Shown here piece by piece: positions 11,147 through 23,070 of a DNA stretch of 64,000 nucleotides. Position 1 is the first letter of the stretch. The number at the start of each line of letters is the position of its first letter. The notes beneath the pieces were generated by a model. It worked only from the letters and a program-made list of their open reading frames with translations, was not told where the DNA came from and did no database searches. The DNA is from Epiperipatus broadwayi (Eukaryota > Animalia > Onychophora). The stretch spans positions 9,982,001 to 10,046,000 of the forward strand of contig JAQFVV010000006.1 of assembly GCA_028023455.1 (NCBI GenBank). Reading direction: 5' to 3'. The translations under genes were made by a program, and so were the position numbers.

Positions 11147-11745
11147 TCAATAAACATCACATGACCATCATCTCTTATGCTTGTGTATAACTGTTGTTAA
11201 AACAGGCAATACTCACTATACGTATGCCAACCACAGCAAGCTAGAGTAATCAAGGGGTGCCAGAAGGCTTGTGCATAAAATCCCCATCTAATGCCTACTC
11301 ATCCAATATCCCCAGACTAGTTTGCTTGTGGCCTTCATCAGTGAGGAACCTTAGATGTGAGAGCTCTGCACCTAGATCTTAGGATCTAATGCAACCCTTC
11401 AGCAACCACCTTTTATCTCCATTTAACTATAAAACTATGAGTCTTAAATTGAAAACACCTTAATGTTTTCAATCCAAGCCCATCAGCTTTTATAATCATA
11501 TGGGTCTGAACCCAGTTCAGTACCCATATATTTTGGTGTCTTTGGTTCTTTAACAACCATAGCCACCACTATTCTATTAGGCAGGATTGGCTCCTCACTG
11601 ATGAAGGCTAGAAGCCAGAAACTAGTCTGGGGATATTGGATGAGTAGGCACTAGATGGGGATTTTATGCACAAACCTTCTGGCATCCATTAATTACTCTA
11701 GCTTACTGTGTGTGGCATACGTATAGTGAGTATTGCCTGTTTTAA
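11147..11745. mobile_element. Family A HHR element, full antisense unit plus truncated sense arm, 13-bp TSD
   Basis: TSD CATTGGTTTACTG at 11134-46 and 11746-58; the unit 5' end (CCAATCCTGCC on minus) is at 11590. Confidence 0.92.
11592..11633 (+). ncRNA. Type I hammerhead ribozyme motif (family A), sense to the host pre-mRNA
   Basis: Helix I UCCUCA/UGGGGA, core CUGAUGA, A-GGC-UAGAA-GCC-A, GAAA, palindromic helix III ACUAGU, GUC triplet (predicted cut after 11627). Activity untested. Confidence 0.8.
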
Positions 11746-12089
11746 CATTGGTTTACTGCATAGAGAAATTATTCTATTTGGCATACAAAGAATTTTATCT
11801 AAAGTTTCAAAATTTCCAAAGATGTTTTCATCTACCTAAACAAAATTCCTTTGCTGAATTAGTTTACCAAACATTTCAATGAAATCACATTCATCTTTGT
11901 CAAGGCTAAAGTAGTAATGGGGAACTGTTGTGTCACAAGTAATAATGAAATTGTGATTTCTTGTTAATTAAAGACTGTTCATTACATATATTTAATGATT
12001 GTCCAATCAGAATAGGAAATAGATTAACAAAACTTTCTATATATTTTTTTTGTTTGACGATCAGCTGATTTATTAAAATTGATTTTATT

Positions 12090-12537
12090 TTAAATACAAG
12101 TTATAGTGTATAAACTTAAGCTAGGGTATTTAAACACAGACTTTCAAGTTTTCTTCAGTCATCCATTCTATCTTATATAACTGATACACATAACCACAAA
12201 AGACGTGATCTTTGTTATATGTATTTCATACTGAACCAGTACTCATCAGTTGGCCTGTATTGTCATCTCCTACACATATATTTATAAGTGCACAGTTTTA
12301 TATTAAGATAAAAAATCTACAAACTTTAATAGACAGGTTTTAATTCTCTCCATTCTCCATCTCTTCAGCCATCCATATCATTGAAAATCTGATGATGGAA
12401 TGCTCAAAGCCCTTATTCTTGCCAATGTTACTGTCATACTTATGTTGCCCTTAAGTCACTCTGATCCTTATGTAGGACTTTGATATGACCATTTAAAATA
12501 TAACATATTCATCCTGTATTCTGTCCATCCCTGTCGT
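12090..12537 (-). mobile_element. Family B HHR-bearing repeat, full unit
   Basis: Reverse-complement similarity over about 450 bp to 42715-43170. Confidence 0.8.
12213..12253 (-). ncRNA. Type I hammerhead motif (family B)
   Basis: Minus: CCAA CUGAUGA GUACUG-GUU-CAGUAU GAAA UACAUAU A; helix II shows a compensated change relative to the other copies. Confidence 0.7.
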
Positions 12538-13089
12538 ATTATATATATATAGTATTTAAAACAATCTTTTTTTATGCACAAAGACAACCTATAAGAACGT
12601 GATTTCATTTTTACGTCAAATATTGAAGTGGGAGGATATATTACTTATTATAACAGCATTTATTATTTAAAAATAAACGATTGTGTTTAACATTATATAT
12701 ATAATACAATATTTAATTATAAAACATTCATTCAGATGTAAATACTGTAACCAAGACATAATGTTAAAGTACACCTAAATGTGAGTAACAAAATCGGTTA
12801 ATCAAACAATACTGAAGTTAATTGTCTGTACAAATGCACAGAGAAAATCAGCAGCCATTTCTTTATTATGCATTTTAGTATGCAGCAATTCATTGTGAAA
12901 CAGGAATTTTATCAGATGACTCAGGAAATTAATCTTAGTTCTTTGGTATATATCCACATGATGAATAAATATTTAAATTCACAATGTTAATTCTATAGAA
13001 GAGATAGAATATATTATGCATTATTTTTCCTACCATTACAATATATATATATATACTTAAATATTATGTATATGGTCTATATTAAACTT

Positions 13090-13328
13090 AATGTAATTGT
13101 AAAGGACTTGAACTCAGAATTTCAAACACGCTATATTTGTCCAATCCATCTTATACAACCGATACCCATGACCACAAAGGTGAAAAAAATAAATGATCTC
13201 CAATATACTTATTTCATGCTGAACCAGCACTTATCAGTTGGTCCAGATCACAATCTCCCACACATATATAATCAGTGCTCAGTCTATATTAACATAATAA
13301 ATCAAATATGAGTTCAAGTCCCTTATAT
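13090..13328 (-). mobile_element. Family B partial unit with short inverted terminus
   Basis: taaaggacttgaactca / tgagttcaagtcccttata inverted ends; HHR inside. Confidence 0.75.
13200..13241 (-). ncRNA. Type I hammerhead motif (family B), G8A
   Basis: Minus: CCAA CUGAUAA GUGCUG-GUU-CAGCAU GAAA UAAGUAU A UUGG. Confidence 0.65.
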
Positions 13329-13491
13329 ATATATATATGATACATGATTATGCCATGTATTACTTTTCCTACCCCTACAATATATATATACACATATAAT
13401 GCACACGTCACTTCCTAAGTTAATGCATGTAATAATCATTACTATATTATCTGCCTTTATGTATTCATTAGCAAAACGTTGCTTAATGTTT

Positions 13492-13985
13492 TATATAAAT
13501 ACTTTAGAGACAGGATTTAACCTCTATCATATGTGCCTTGAATGTTTATAATAGTCGAAGAATATCTTCATTTTCCGATAGAGGACCTCTCGAACCTCAA
13601 CACAAGATAGCAACTTTTATAAAGATAAGAGTATCATCTTATCTTTAACCTAACTTTCCACTTACATAGGCCAATCTGAAGCATCTTGATTTGGGAGCAT
13701 GAAGCTGTTATTCTCTTCATTTTTTAAGTCCACTACTTCCTTTACAAATTAACCTTCGCAAAATCTTGTGATTTACAATGAGTTAATATTATGATCTTTA
13801 TACTGGAAATATATAAACCCAAATGAAGATGCTTCAGCTTGGCCTATACAAGTAGAAAGTTAGGTTAAAGATAAGACACCACTCTTTATAAAAGTCGCCA
13901 TCTTGTATCAAGGTTTGAGAGGTCCCTCTATAGGCAAATAAAGATATTGTATAGGTTAAAGCCTGTCTCTAAAGTATTTACATAT
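13492..13985. repeat. Inverted-repeat (fold-back) element; related short copy at 62319-62437
   Basis: tatataaatactttagagacagg...gaagcatctt inverted against aagatgcttc...cctgtctctaaagtatttacata, spacer about 130 bp. Confidence 0.8.
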
Positions 13986-15670
13986 ACTTCCTGTGCACTT
14001 AATAAATGATTACAACTTTAATGTTTTATGTAATACGTAGATTCTGAATTTGTTTTTCAATGATAAATATGATGACGATGATCAAACTATGTTTTTCTAT
14101 ATTGAAAAACCATATGGCAGAATTGCAAAAAAAAAAAAACGTTATATTTCATGATCATTAACAATTTTCAACCATGTGACCAGAATCGGACTAAGAGTTG
14201 TGTTATTTAGTAGTTTCATTTATAACAGGATATTCCAAATAAGTTCCTGGAGTAGAATTTTCATTATGGAAGACTATATACAATGAAGTGCTCTCATAGC
14301 ATAACATTCTAATTCTTTCATCAACAGCATTTTGTCATAATACCAGTCTAAAACATAAGCATACTTTAAAACATAACTATTTAACTACCCAATGGAAATG
14401 AGACAATATGTAAATAAGAATAACACAGCCCCTAAATTTATTTTTAAGTAACAGAAATAAGTGATTTATTACAAATGATTTGATTAATTAAAAACTATCT
14501 GTGGTTGAATTCATATGGGGATATAATTATGACTTAACTGGTGTATCAGAAATATTAGCATTCTCTTCTCAACTAAAGAAATAAAAAACAAATCTTATTA
14601 ATCAAAGGCTATGATCTCTAACCTTCATTAACCAGTTTATTTTGCCACATCTTGAGTGTATACTTAGTGGGTCAGATGATGTTGAATCAAAAATCTTGTG
14701 ACCTCTGTGCAATAATAAAGTGATATATTCAAAAGCTTCCTGGATCAAAAATGAACCACTTTTTTTATTTGTTTGAAAATCATCTGACCTGATCAACAAA
14801 AATGTACTTTCGTTGAAACAAGTGAACAGTTATTGACTTCATAAAAATGTATTTTATGCAGAATTTGAGTGTAGTTGTCATGGAAAAGATGTCAATTGCT
14901 TCTAAAGTGAAGAGATGCCCTATTGATTGCTTTCATTGGAAGAATATCATTGTGAACAGTATATAATAAAGAATTACTTGTGTAAGGTCTTGAATTCTTT
15001 CAGAAAGAAGTGTGTGATGCATAAGATAAAAGATAGCATTCAGAGCAGCAAATAATATCTAACTAAGCATGAACTGGGTCATATATTGTAATATAATATT
15101 TTTAATAGATGTGTGGAGTTATCCTTTTATAATTACATAATTAGAAAGCACTTTATCTAGAACCATAATTAATGAAAGCCAACTGCACCAAGATCAAGAG
15201 TTAAATTAAAACTGGCAGCTAATTGTTATTTATAGTTTTGTAACTATAAATAACAGATTAGTTTTGCCATGATTAAGAGACCCAGATTGAGAATATATTT
15301 GCTCTAGATGATAGAAGTTGAAAATATTATTTATTTTACATTAGAAGCATAAACATTAATGCTAAATGCTGGAAATGAGATTAAAGTAAGTTGGAAGAAA
15401 ATTATTTCAATAAAAAAGTTTTTAAAAAATTAGATGACAGATCTTTTATTAAAAAACTAATAATAAAAAAAGTAGGTTTCATAAATAGAAGAATTTTAAA
15501 GATAATAAATAAGTGAAAGACAACCCCATTAGATCATCTTACAAAATAGAAAAGAAGTAGCTAGGTTCATTTGAAAAGGATGACATAGAGACTGAGTAAT
15601 TTACAAAATATCCCAAATTTTTAAGCTTAATAAAGTTAATTCATTTTTATAATTTTTTTCTTACCTCTAG

Positions 15671-15886
15671 GGAGCGTTCTACACTCTTTTGATTGGTTTA
15701 GCAATTGGTATAATTCGTTTTGGATTAGACATTGGAATTCCTTCAGCTCCCTGTGGACAAGAAGATCCTCGGCCTTATGTTCTATCAAAAGTTCATTATT
15801 TATATTTTGGCATTATTTTATTTGTCATTAGCTGTATCACATGTATTACTATCAGTTATCTGACATCTCCTATTCCTAAAGAATAT
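15671..15886 (+). CDS. SLC5A: SLC5A/SGLT-like exon
   Basis: ctctag|GGA ... TAT|gtaagt; 216 nt; GAFYTLLIGLAIGIIRFGLDIGIPSAPCGQEDPRPYVLSKVHYLYFGIILFVISCITCITISYLTSPIPKEY (GAF...HYLYF). Confidence 0.95.
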
Positions 15887-16034
15887 GTAAGTATTTTTTA
15901 AATTTATTGATATTTATTTTTTTAAAATGTATCATACAGTCTAAGAACTAATATAAATAAACAACATTAATACCTTTTTAATATACTTTACAATGTGCAA
16001 TTATAGCATTTTATTGTTACCCATTTCCAAAAAT

Positions 16035-16074
16035 AGCTAACAATTTCGACCATCCAGCAGTCTTCTTCAGAACT
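16035..16074 (-). ncRNA. PLE-type hammerhead motif (family D)
   Basis: Minus: AGUU CUGAAGA-A-GACU-GCUGGAU-GGUC GAAA UUGUU AGCU. Confidence 0.65.
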
Positions 16075-16545
16075 TCTTTCACTATTTAAAAAAAAAAATA
16101 GTAAAAAAGTTTTCATTAATTGAGCTTAGTATTTTATTTTTTACTATTATTTTAGATGCCTTGCATGGTTTGGTTCAGTATAAGAGGCATATTCTGGAGC
16201 TTTCCAGCACTCAATCTTTTTATAAACTTGAAGCAATAAACTGTATGATTATTTTAAAATTATTCTACATATATAATAATTATTACCTATTAAAAGTCAA
16301 ATCTTTCCATGGAAATTGTGTATAAAGAAATTTAATGAATAGCTGAATAAATAAATATGGGGGATGGCAGTTATTTCTCTTTAAATTCTGTATATGTTAT
16401 GCTATGATTAATATACATTTTCTTTAGAAACTATTATACTTTTTCTTTCAACTTATATATCCTTTATGCATTGATAAAATTATAAATAATTAAACAAATT
16501 CACTTTTCTTTATTACTAACAATGCTTGTTTTAATCAAGTTAATC

Positions 16546-16584
16546 AGTGACAGTTTCAACTGGTCAACAGCCTTCTTCAGAGCT
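16546..16584 (-). ncRNA. PLE-type hammerhead motif (family D)
   Basis: Minus: CUGAAGA-A-GGCUG-UUGAC-CAGUU GAAAC U GUC. Confidence 0.6.
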
Positions 16585-17009
16585 AAAATTTATATAAACA
16601 CATTACATATAGACAGGAAGATCAAAATTAAAAATGACAAATTGTAATATGAAAATTAAAATCTGTATTTAGCATTTCAATATTAGCTATTATGACACAA
16701 TACTTTGATTAATTAGAGAGGATTTGAACCCAGACTTGCAAGCTCACTTTAGTCATTCATTTTAAAGTATGTATACTATACTTGTATTTAAATATACCTT
16801 GATTAATGAAAATTTAAATATCTTGAAACATGGGGGGAGTCCCAGAAATTACTTAATTCAATCCCTGATTATAAAAAGTAGGAATAGAATTAATTAATTT
16901 TTAGATATCCCTTTCTTACATTTTTATTTCAAGGTAAATGTAAAAACATCAACTGTAGTTGAAGAAACAATTATTTTGAAACTTCTTAATTAGCAGTAAA
17001 TAAAAGCAT

Positions 17010-17240
17010 TTATTTGCAAAGAAATCAAGTCATATATCATGTGACCTAACGTAATAAGCTTGTATTACAAATGTTATCTAATGAGATTGTAAATGGCTCA
17101 CAACAAGCTTTTCAGAATATTCCTAACCTTAGATCTATTACCTCACTGAGGAATGCCAGAAGCTAGAAACTGGTCTGAGGTTAGGGATATTTTGAAAAGC
17201 CTGTTAAGAGCTATTGGCACACTCATTAGATAAGCATTTA
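17010..17240 (+). mobile_element. Family C repeat (also about 52195-52470 and 62510-62720)
   Basis: Shared aaatcaagtcatatatcatgtg...taataagcttgtatta segment and HHR module; the 17 kb copy has an internal inverted arm. Confidence 0.75.
17140..17181 (+). ncRNA. Type I hammerhead motif (family C)
   Basis: Perfect helix I ACCUCA/UGAGGU, CUGAGGA, A-UGC-CAGAA-GCU-A, GAAAC UG GUC. Confidence 0.65.
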
Positions 17241-17658
17241 TTATAAATATTTTTTATATAGAATATAGCATTTGGATATATTTTGCAATTATTCCAAATA
17301 ATCGCCTAATATTGAAAGTAAAATCCGCTATTAAAGATCGTTTACAATATAGTTTTATTTATTTGGAAAGCATTTTTTAAAAAATCAACTTTTACAATCA
17401 AAAGAAAAAAAATATGTATACTTTTTTTAAAAAAAAACTTTTATAATAAAGAGATATGAACATTTATTTTATTTCAATTTTAAAAGTTTTCTAAAAATAC
17501 TTTTTAATATAAGTTTTTTGTAATATATATATATGGTGTCATTTCATGTGCATTACTGAAAACTTATTAAACTGATATCAATATATTGGAAAATTGATCT
17601 GCCAACCACTCTTTTGTAAAGAAACTAGGAAACCAATCTAAAATATTGTCTTGCTACC

Positions 17659-17752
17659 TTTTTTTTTCATGGGTCAAAGCATCAGCCGGGAAGTGAACCA
17701 GGACAACTGCTTGTAAGGCAGCTGTGCTAACCACTTGGCCACCAATGCTTGC
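17659..17752 (-). mobile_element. tRNA-Gly-derived short SINE, second copy
   Basis: Minus strand GCAAGCATTGGTGGCCAAGTGGTTAGCACAGCTGCCTTACAAGCAGTTGTCCTGGTTCACTTCCCGGCTGATGCTTTGACCCATG(A)n; imperfect TSD ttg(c/t)tacctt. Confidence 0.85.
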
Positions 17753-18215
17753 TGTTTGTTACCTTGTCAATAATTATAACAAATGTACAAAATTTGAAGG
17801 AATTCAATTCTCCAAACAAATAAATATCATAAAAGCATTTACAAACAAAAATTTATTTATGCCATGCCTTTTTCTTTTTTAATAAAGTATAGAATTCAGT
17901 CATATTTAATGATTTAATAATTTTCTTAAATTTCATAGGAACCATATAAAGTCATTAAGTGATCGAAAAGTAGTGCTTCTATCTAAATTAGTTGTTTTGG
18001 TTCATATTTGAATTACTTTCTGTCTTTAAAATCTAACCATATGCCACTAATCTCAAACGATGTTTCAACCATCAACTGGGTTCATTTTAAAAATTCTTTT
18101 GCCCTATCAATCTCTCTCCAATTTATCTAATTAGATGAATGGCAGCAAATGTGATTGATTAAAGAAATAGACTTTGAAAACAATCACAGTTGATGCGTAG
18201 AACCATTAAATATCT

Positions 18216-18562
18216 CATGATCACCATTCTTTATGCCTACACAAGCTTGTTTATGCAGAGACAAAACTCTCCATACAGTAACACCATTCAGTGCAAGCCA
18301 GAATAATCAATGGATGCTGGAAGGTTTATGCATAAAATCCCTATCTAGTGCCTACTCATCCATTATCCCCAGACTAGGTGCAGTGCTCTCAGACCCAAGG
18401 CTCCTCACTGACGAAAGCCACAAGCTAGAAACTAATCTGGGGATATTGGATGAGTAGGAATTAGATGGGGATTTTATGCACAAGCCTTCTGGAATCCATC
18501 GATTACTTTAGCTTGCACTGAATGGCACAACTGTATGGAGAGTTTTGACTGTTTTAATAACA
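18216..18562. mobile_element. Family A HHR element, fold-back
   Basis: Inverted arms joined at a CTAG microhomology (about 18377); HHR-like core 18402-18443; imperfect flanking catta..tatctc repeat. Confidence 0.88.
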
Positions 18563-18619
18563 TTATTATCTCTACTAGTAATATGTTTGCCAGCTCCATT
18601 TTCATTTCTTATTTTTTTC

Positions 18620-18800
18620 AAGATATCAATATCTTTTCTTTCACCTATGTAGTTGGTTTTTGATCTTTTCTCAATTCTCTAAATTTCTATTCTGTTAAGT
18701 GTCCATGTTTTAGATCATAAATAAGAAATAACAAAAGACATCTATTAAAAATCTTCCTTTTCAAAAGTGTATGTATGTTTTCTTTTAATATTAAATAATA
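18620..18800 (-). mobile_element. Degenerate RTE fragment
   Basis: Recognisable similarity to 35200-35340 (aagtgtcca...gatc..taagta...catctattaaaaatcttccttttcaaa). Confidence 0.6.
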
Positions 18801-19249
18801 TCCCACTTTCAATTCCATAATTAATTTTATCCACTATGTTGCGATTTGTACTAATAATCTGTGTTTTTAGTACTTGTTATTTATTTCTAATTTATGATGA
18901 TCAATTTTTATCTTCTGAGAAAATACATTGAGCATGACTTTACTTTTCAGTATTTATCTTTAGTCTTACTTTCACCTGTCAACTTTTGCAATATTTCTTG
19001 AATGGAGCTTTTATTTATAAAATAAGTTGAGACAATGTTAAATTTTTGAAGCAGATGGCTCCTAGCAATAATCTTATTGTTACATTTTGATTTACAAGTA
19101 TCAGACTTAATCCACTCACAGCTTTAATATAAGCCACTATAGTAATGATTATCACTAGTCATTTATTAAACTAGAGATTATCTCCAGCCCAGATATAAAC
19201 TTTAAACCACAGATAAAGATTAATGTATCTGATTATTTAATCAAACAGT

Positions 19250-19860
19250 ACATATCCATGTTTAATATCTTTTATAAATACATTAAATAACCTCCACGCC
19301 ACCATACCTTAGTGTTTTCCTGAAGGTTTGTGATGAGTGTTTTAGTTGTATTTATATATTGGACTCTTTCCACCATCTGATATGAGTATTGATTGTCTTT
19401 AATTTTTTTTTACCTTTATTTAAATATTCCTAATGCACAATGTTTTGAGAGGTATTATTCTTTCCTCTTCTTCAGGTGGACCTGGGTTTTTAGATTCTTG
19501 CGTATTGAATTTTAAGGTAATGCCCAGGAAGTTAGAGCATTAGCTTAAAATTCAGTACTTAAGAATCTAAGGATCCATGTTCGATTGCCAAGCTAGTACT
19601 GTCACTGGTCAGGCCAGAAATACCTGAAGAAGAGGGGAGAATAATATCTAACTCTGCACATACTAACCTGTTTGATGTGCTATTACTAACAGCTGAATGT
19701 ATTTGGAATATTTAAATAAAGTTAAATTTTTTCTAAAGACATTTTATACTCATATTAGATGTTGGAAATAGTCCAATATATAAATACACCATATCTTGTC
19801 TTTATTCACTTGTTTATAAAAGAATATTTGGTGGTGTGAAGGTTATTTAATAACACTTAT
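19250..19860. repeat. Fold-back of about 610 bp
   Basis: Nested inverted matches: ttaaataacctccacgccaccata / tggtggtgtgaaggttatttaa; gtatttatatattggact / agtccaatatataaatac; ctcttcttcaggt / acctgaagaagag. Confidence 0.75.
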
Positions 19861-20176
19861 AATCATAATCTTATATTTCATTGAATACTTTGCTACATGG
19901 TGAAAAATTGTATCAATTTTTACAGGAATACATGTTTCAGGCAGTCAGCTTTAACATTTGAATTAATGAGGTGTTATAGTATTTTAATAAATAATATTAC
20001 ACAATCTAGATAGTAGTATGTAAATACAAATGTTGTTGCTGTGTCAATGGGGATGGAGGGTGGGATAAGGGTTCCTAAGAAAGTTGATAAGAGCAATTGC
20101 CTGAAACATTAGTCCTGGGAATAATAATTTGATTTTTCAACGTGTGGCTTTATAAAGAATGAAATGAAAGATGATA

Positions 20177-20680
20177 GTAGAGGGTTCTACAAAAATTTGT
20201 AGAGGGTTCTATAAAAATGTGTAGAGAGTTCTACAAAAATGTGTAGAGGGTTCTACAAAAATGTGTATAAAAATGTGTAGAGAGTTCTACAAAAATGGGT
20301 AGAGGGTTTTACAAAAATGTATAGAGGGTTTTACAAAATGTGTAGAAGGTTCTACAAAAATGGGTAGAGGGTTCTACAAAAATGTGTATAAAAATGTGTA
20401 GAGAGTTCTACAAAAATGTATAGAGGGTTTTACAAAATGTGTAGAGGGTTCTACAAAAATGGGTAGAGGGTTCTACAAAAATGTGTAGAGGGTTTTACAA
20501 AATGTGTAGAGTGTTCTACAAAAATGTGTAGAGAGTTCTACAAAAATGTGTAGAGAGTTCTACAAAAATGTGTAGAGGGTTCTACAAAAATGTGTAGAGG
20601 GTTCTACAAAAATGTATAGAGGGTTTTACAAAATGTGTACAGGGTTTTACAAAAATGGGTAGAGGGTTCTATAAAAATGT
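20177..20680. repeat. Minisatellite, 21-22 bp unit GTAGAGGGTTCTACAAAAATGT
   Basis: About 22 units plus two 12-bp truncated units; no unique spacers. Confidence 0.95.
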
Positions 20681-20879
20681 AACATCATTTCAATTTGTTA
20701 TATATGTGCATGTGTGTTTATATGAATATATGCACGAATGGGTATGCTTGTCATACTATAGTTTAAATGATATTCTATGATATAATTAACATGTGAACCA
20801 AATTTTATACATCTTTCAGTGATGGACAAACTTTTTTTTATTGTTATTTAATAAGATTTTCCATATATTTTCATATCAG

Positions 20880-21006
20880 TTATGGAGATTGACATTTTGG
20901 ACTCGACATAGCACAGAATCTAGACTAGACTTAAACAATAAAAAAAAGGCAATTAGTCAGTCAACAGATACACTTGCCGAAGTAAGAAATGTATCGACAG
21001 AACAAG
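20880..21006 (+). CDS. SLC5A: SLC5A/SGLT-like penultimate exon (start of the large loop before the last TM)
   Basis: atcag|TTA ... CAAG|gtaac; 127 nt; LWRLTFWTRHSTESRLDLNNKKKAISQSTDTLAEVRNVSTEQ (SGLT LYRLxWxLRxSxEERxDL-like); phases match both neighbours. Confidence 0.88.
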
Positions 21007-21123
21007 GTAACTTTTTTTATTATTATTTGTGAAAAATATGCTATTTTTAACGAATTCTAATTATCTCTTTAAAAATTCATATTCCTCCCTAAACATATTC
21101 CACAATGCTTTAGTTAATTTCTT

Positions 21124-21158
21124 ATAACAGTTTCGACTGCCTAGCAGTTTTCTTCATA
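21124..21158 (-). ncRNA. Degenerate PLE-type hammerhead motif (family D)
   Basis: Minus: aUGAAGA-A-AACUGC-UAG-GCAGUC GAAAC UGUU. Confidence 0.5.
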
Positions 21159-21811
21159 TCCAAAAAACAGATGAATTATTGTTATTGCTACACAAACAGA
21201 GAATAATTTAATTTAATTTTATCTGTATATACACATTCATACATATTTACCATTACTTATAAATATTTCAAACATATGTTATACACCCACTTAACAGTTT
21301 TTATAATTATAAGTTAATATTGGTTAATAAGTATATACAATGCAGAAATATTTAAATCCATCCATAAACACAACATTTGTTATTTATCTACACATTCTAT
21401 AATTTATTATACTATTATTAGAACAGTCAATATTTTGACTTGTATTATTTCAATTTGCAATGTTATAAAAACTAGCACATTAATGCTGGGAATAAAATCT
21501 CAATATCTTCAGCACTTGTTCTCCATGTTTTGGTTACTGGAAACTGCATAGATTTCTCAAATAGTAAAATCATAATCACATGCAATAATCATGACTAAAA
21601 AGGATTTAGAGAGGCTATAGAAATATTTAAAAAAACTCAAACTGCATTAGCAAACATGACGAAACAATGAAATTGCTAATTCTTTGGACGAGTTTCTTCA
21701 AACAAATGAATATGAAAAACATGGCCAAGTCAAACAATTTAATGGGCCTGTGATATAACAACCATGTGATACAATCGCCTCTGCTACAACCATAAGATTA
21801 TTACTGGTTTT

Positions 21812-23070
21812 GGTGCTAGTCTTATAGCCAAAGATGCCGCTCGATGGCACCGTTTTTGTGCTAAAGCACATAAAAATGCTATTTTCCACGACCGACACGT
21901 TCGAACCCATGTTTTCTATAATACAACTTTTTGGTTGTGCTACAGATTGCAGGCCGCTATGTTGCATCGCAGTACAGCATGTATGTTGCATCGCAGCAAA
22001 TAAATTTGGCGAATATCGCACAGTTTATACCATTGTTACGGCTTGGTGAGAGGATGTTTGTATTTGAATTGGATGGAAATGTTATTTTGATTGAATTTTT
22101 TTTTATTTTAAAGTATTGAAATGTTCAGATTTTCTAAAGTAATAATTATCAGACTTTTTACAATGTACTGTATTGAAGTTTTAAGTGGGAAAATGTTGAC
22201 AAGATATATGTGTAAAGTGAGTTGGAATTAGGTAATGCATCAAGTAACGTACTGTTCGTAACATTCCACGAGACAAACAATATTCTACCGTATGTTTATT
22301 TTTGAAGTAGAAAATAGCGGTAACACAAAAATATCCAGTAAGAAAAGTACAATTGTACTCTCTTTTTTTAAATTTCATAAAAAGCATATATTATAAACAT
22401 GGTTAATAAGTAAAGAAGACATTTTATATATATATTTGTTGTTGTTTAAAAAACTTTTACTTTCTTTTCTCCGACTACTGTTATACTTTGTTGAATATAT
22501 TTTATGTAACACTAAAACTAACCCTAAAACTAACCCTAAGCCTAACCCTAACAACTTTTACTTTTTGTTGTCATTCTATTTGAAGTAAAAAATAGCAGTA
22601 ATATCTGTTTCTCTGTAAAAAATAAAAATGTAAAACGAAGAGTAAAAAATTAAAAAATAGCGGTAACACAATAATATCTGTTTGTCTGTAAAAATTAAAA
22701 TTTAAAAGGAAGACTAAGAAATTTTACTTTTTATTCTGATTATGAGTTTTTAAACAACAACAACAAAAAAAGCCGTAACCCCACTAAAAAAATATCCGAT
22801 AGAAAATTGATTTTTCTAATAAAGCAAAATAAAAAACACGAATCAAATTGTAATTTGTTGATTTTATTTTACATTTATTGTTATCATTTAATTTGTATAT
22901 GTTAATAAAAAATAATATTTAAAAAAGACGATTTTGTTTTGTTTTTATTTTCTCATTACAAAAAACACATCAAAATAATTAAAATCAACGGCTCGGGAAT
23001 GTTCATATTTTATAGTTTTAGCATGAAAATGGTGCCATCGAACGGCGTCTTTCGCTATAATACTAGCACC
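21812..23070. mobile_element. Non-autonomous TIR element, Merlin-like
   Basis: TIRs of about 67 bp starting GGTGC (fits the Merlin GGNRM terminus), 8-bp flanks CTGGTTTT / CTGTTTTT (7 of 8 identical), internal direct and inverted sub-repeats. Confidence 0.6.

Noticed and set aside
12150-12175. Second hammerhead in family B (CUGAAGA..GAAAGUC on minus; also 42637)
   Set aside because: No helix II, no compatible helix I, and G at the would-be cleavage position.
14560-15000. ORF 14602-14799 and a locally coding-like stretch
   Set aside because: No recognisable motifs in any frame; cannot be supported.
17659-17752. Functional tRNA-Val(TAC) gene
   Set aside because: Gly-type body, altered T-loop (GTTCACTTCC), shared tail, A tract and TSDs indicate a SINE.
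20177-20680. CRISPR array (palindromic repeats of about 22 bp)
   Set aside because: Units are contiguous with no unique spacers, there are no cas genes, and the context is eukaryotic intron.
22510-22552. Interstitial telomere (CCCTAA-like repeats)
   Set aside because: Only about three imperfect copies inside a TIR element; such motifs are common within non-autonomous transposons.
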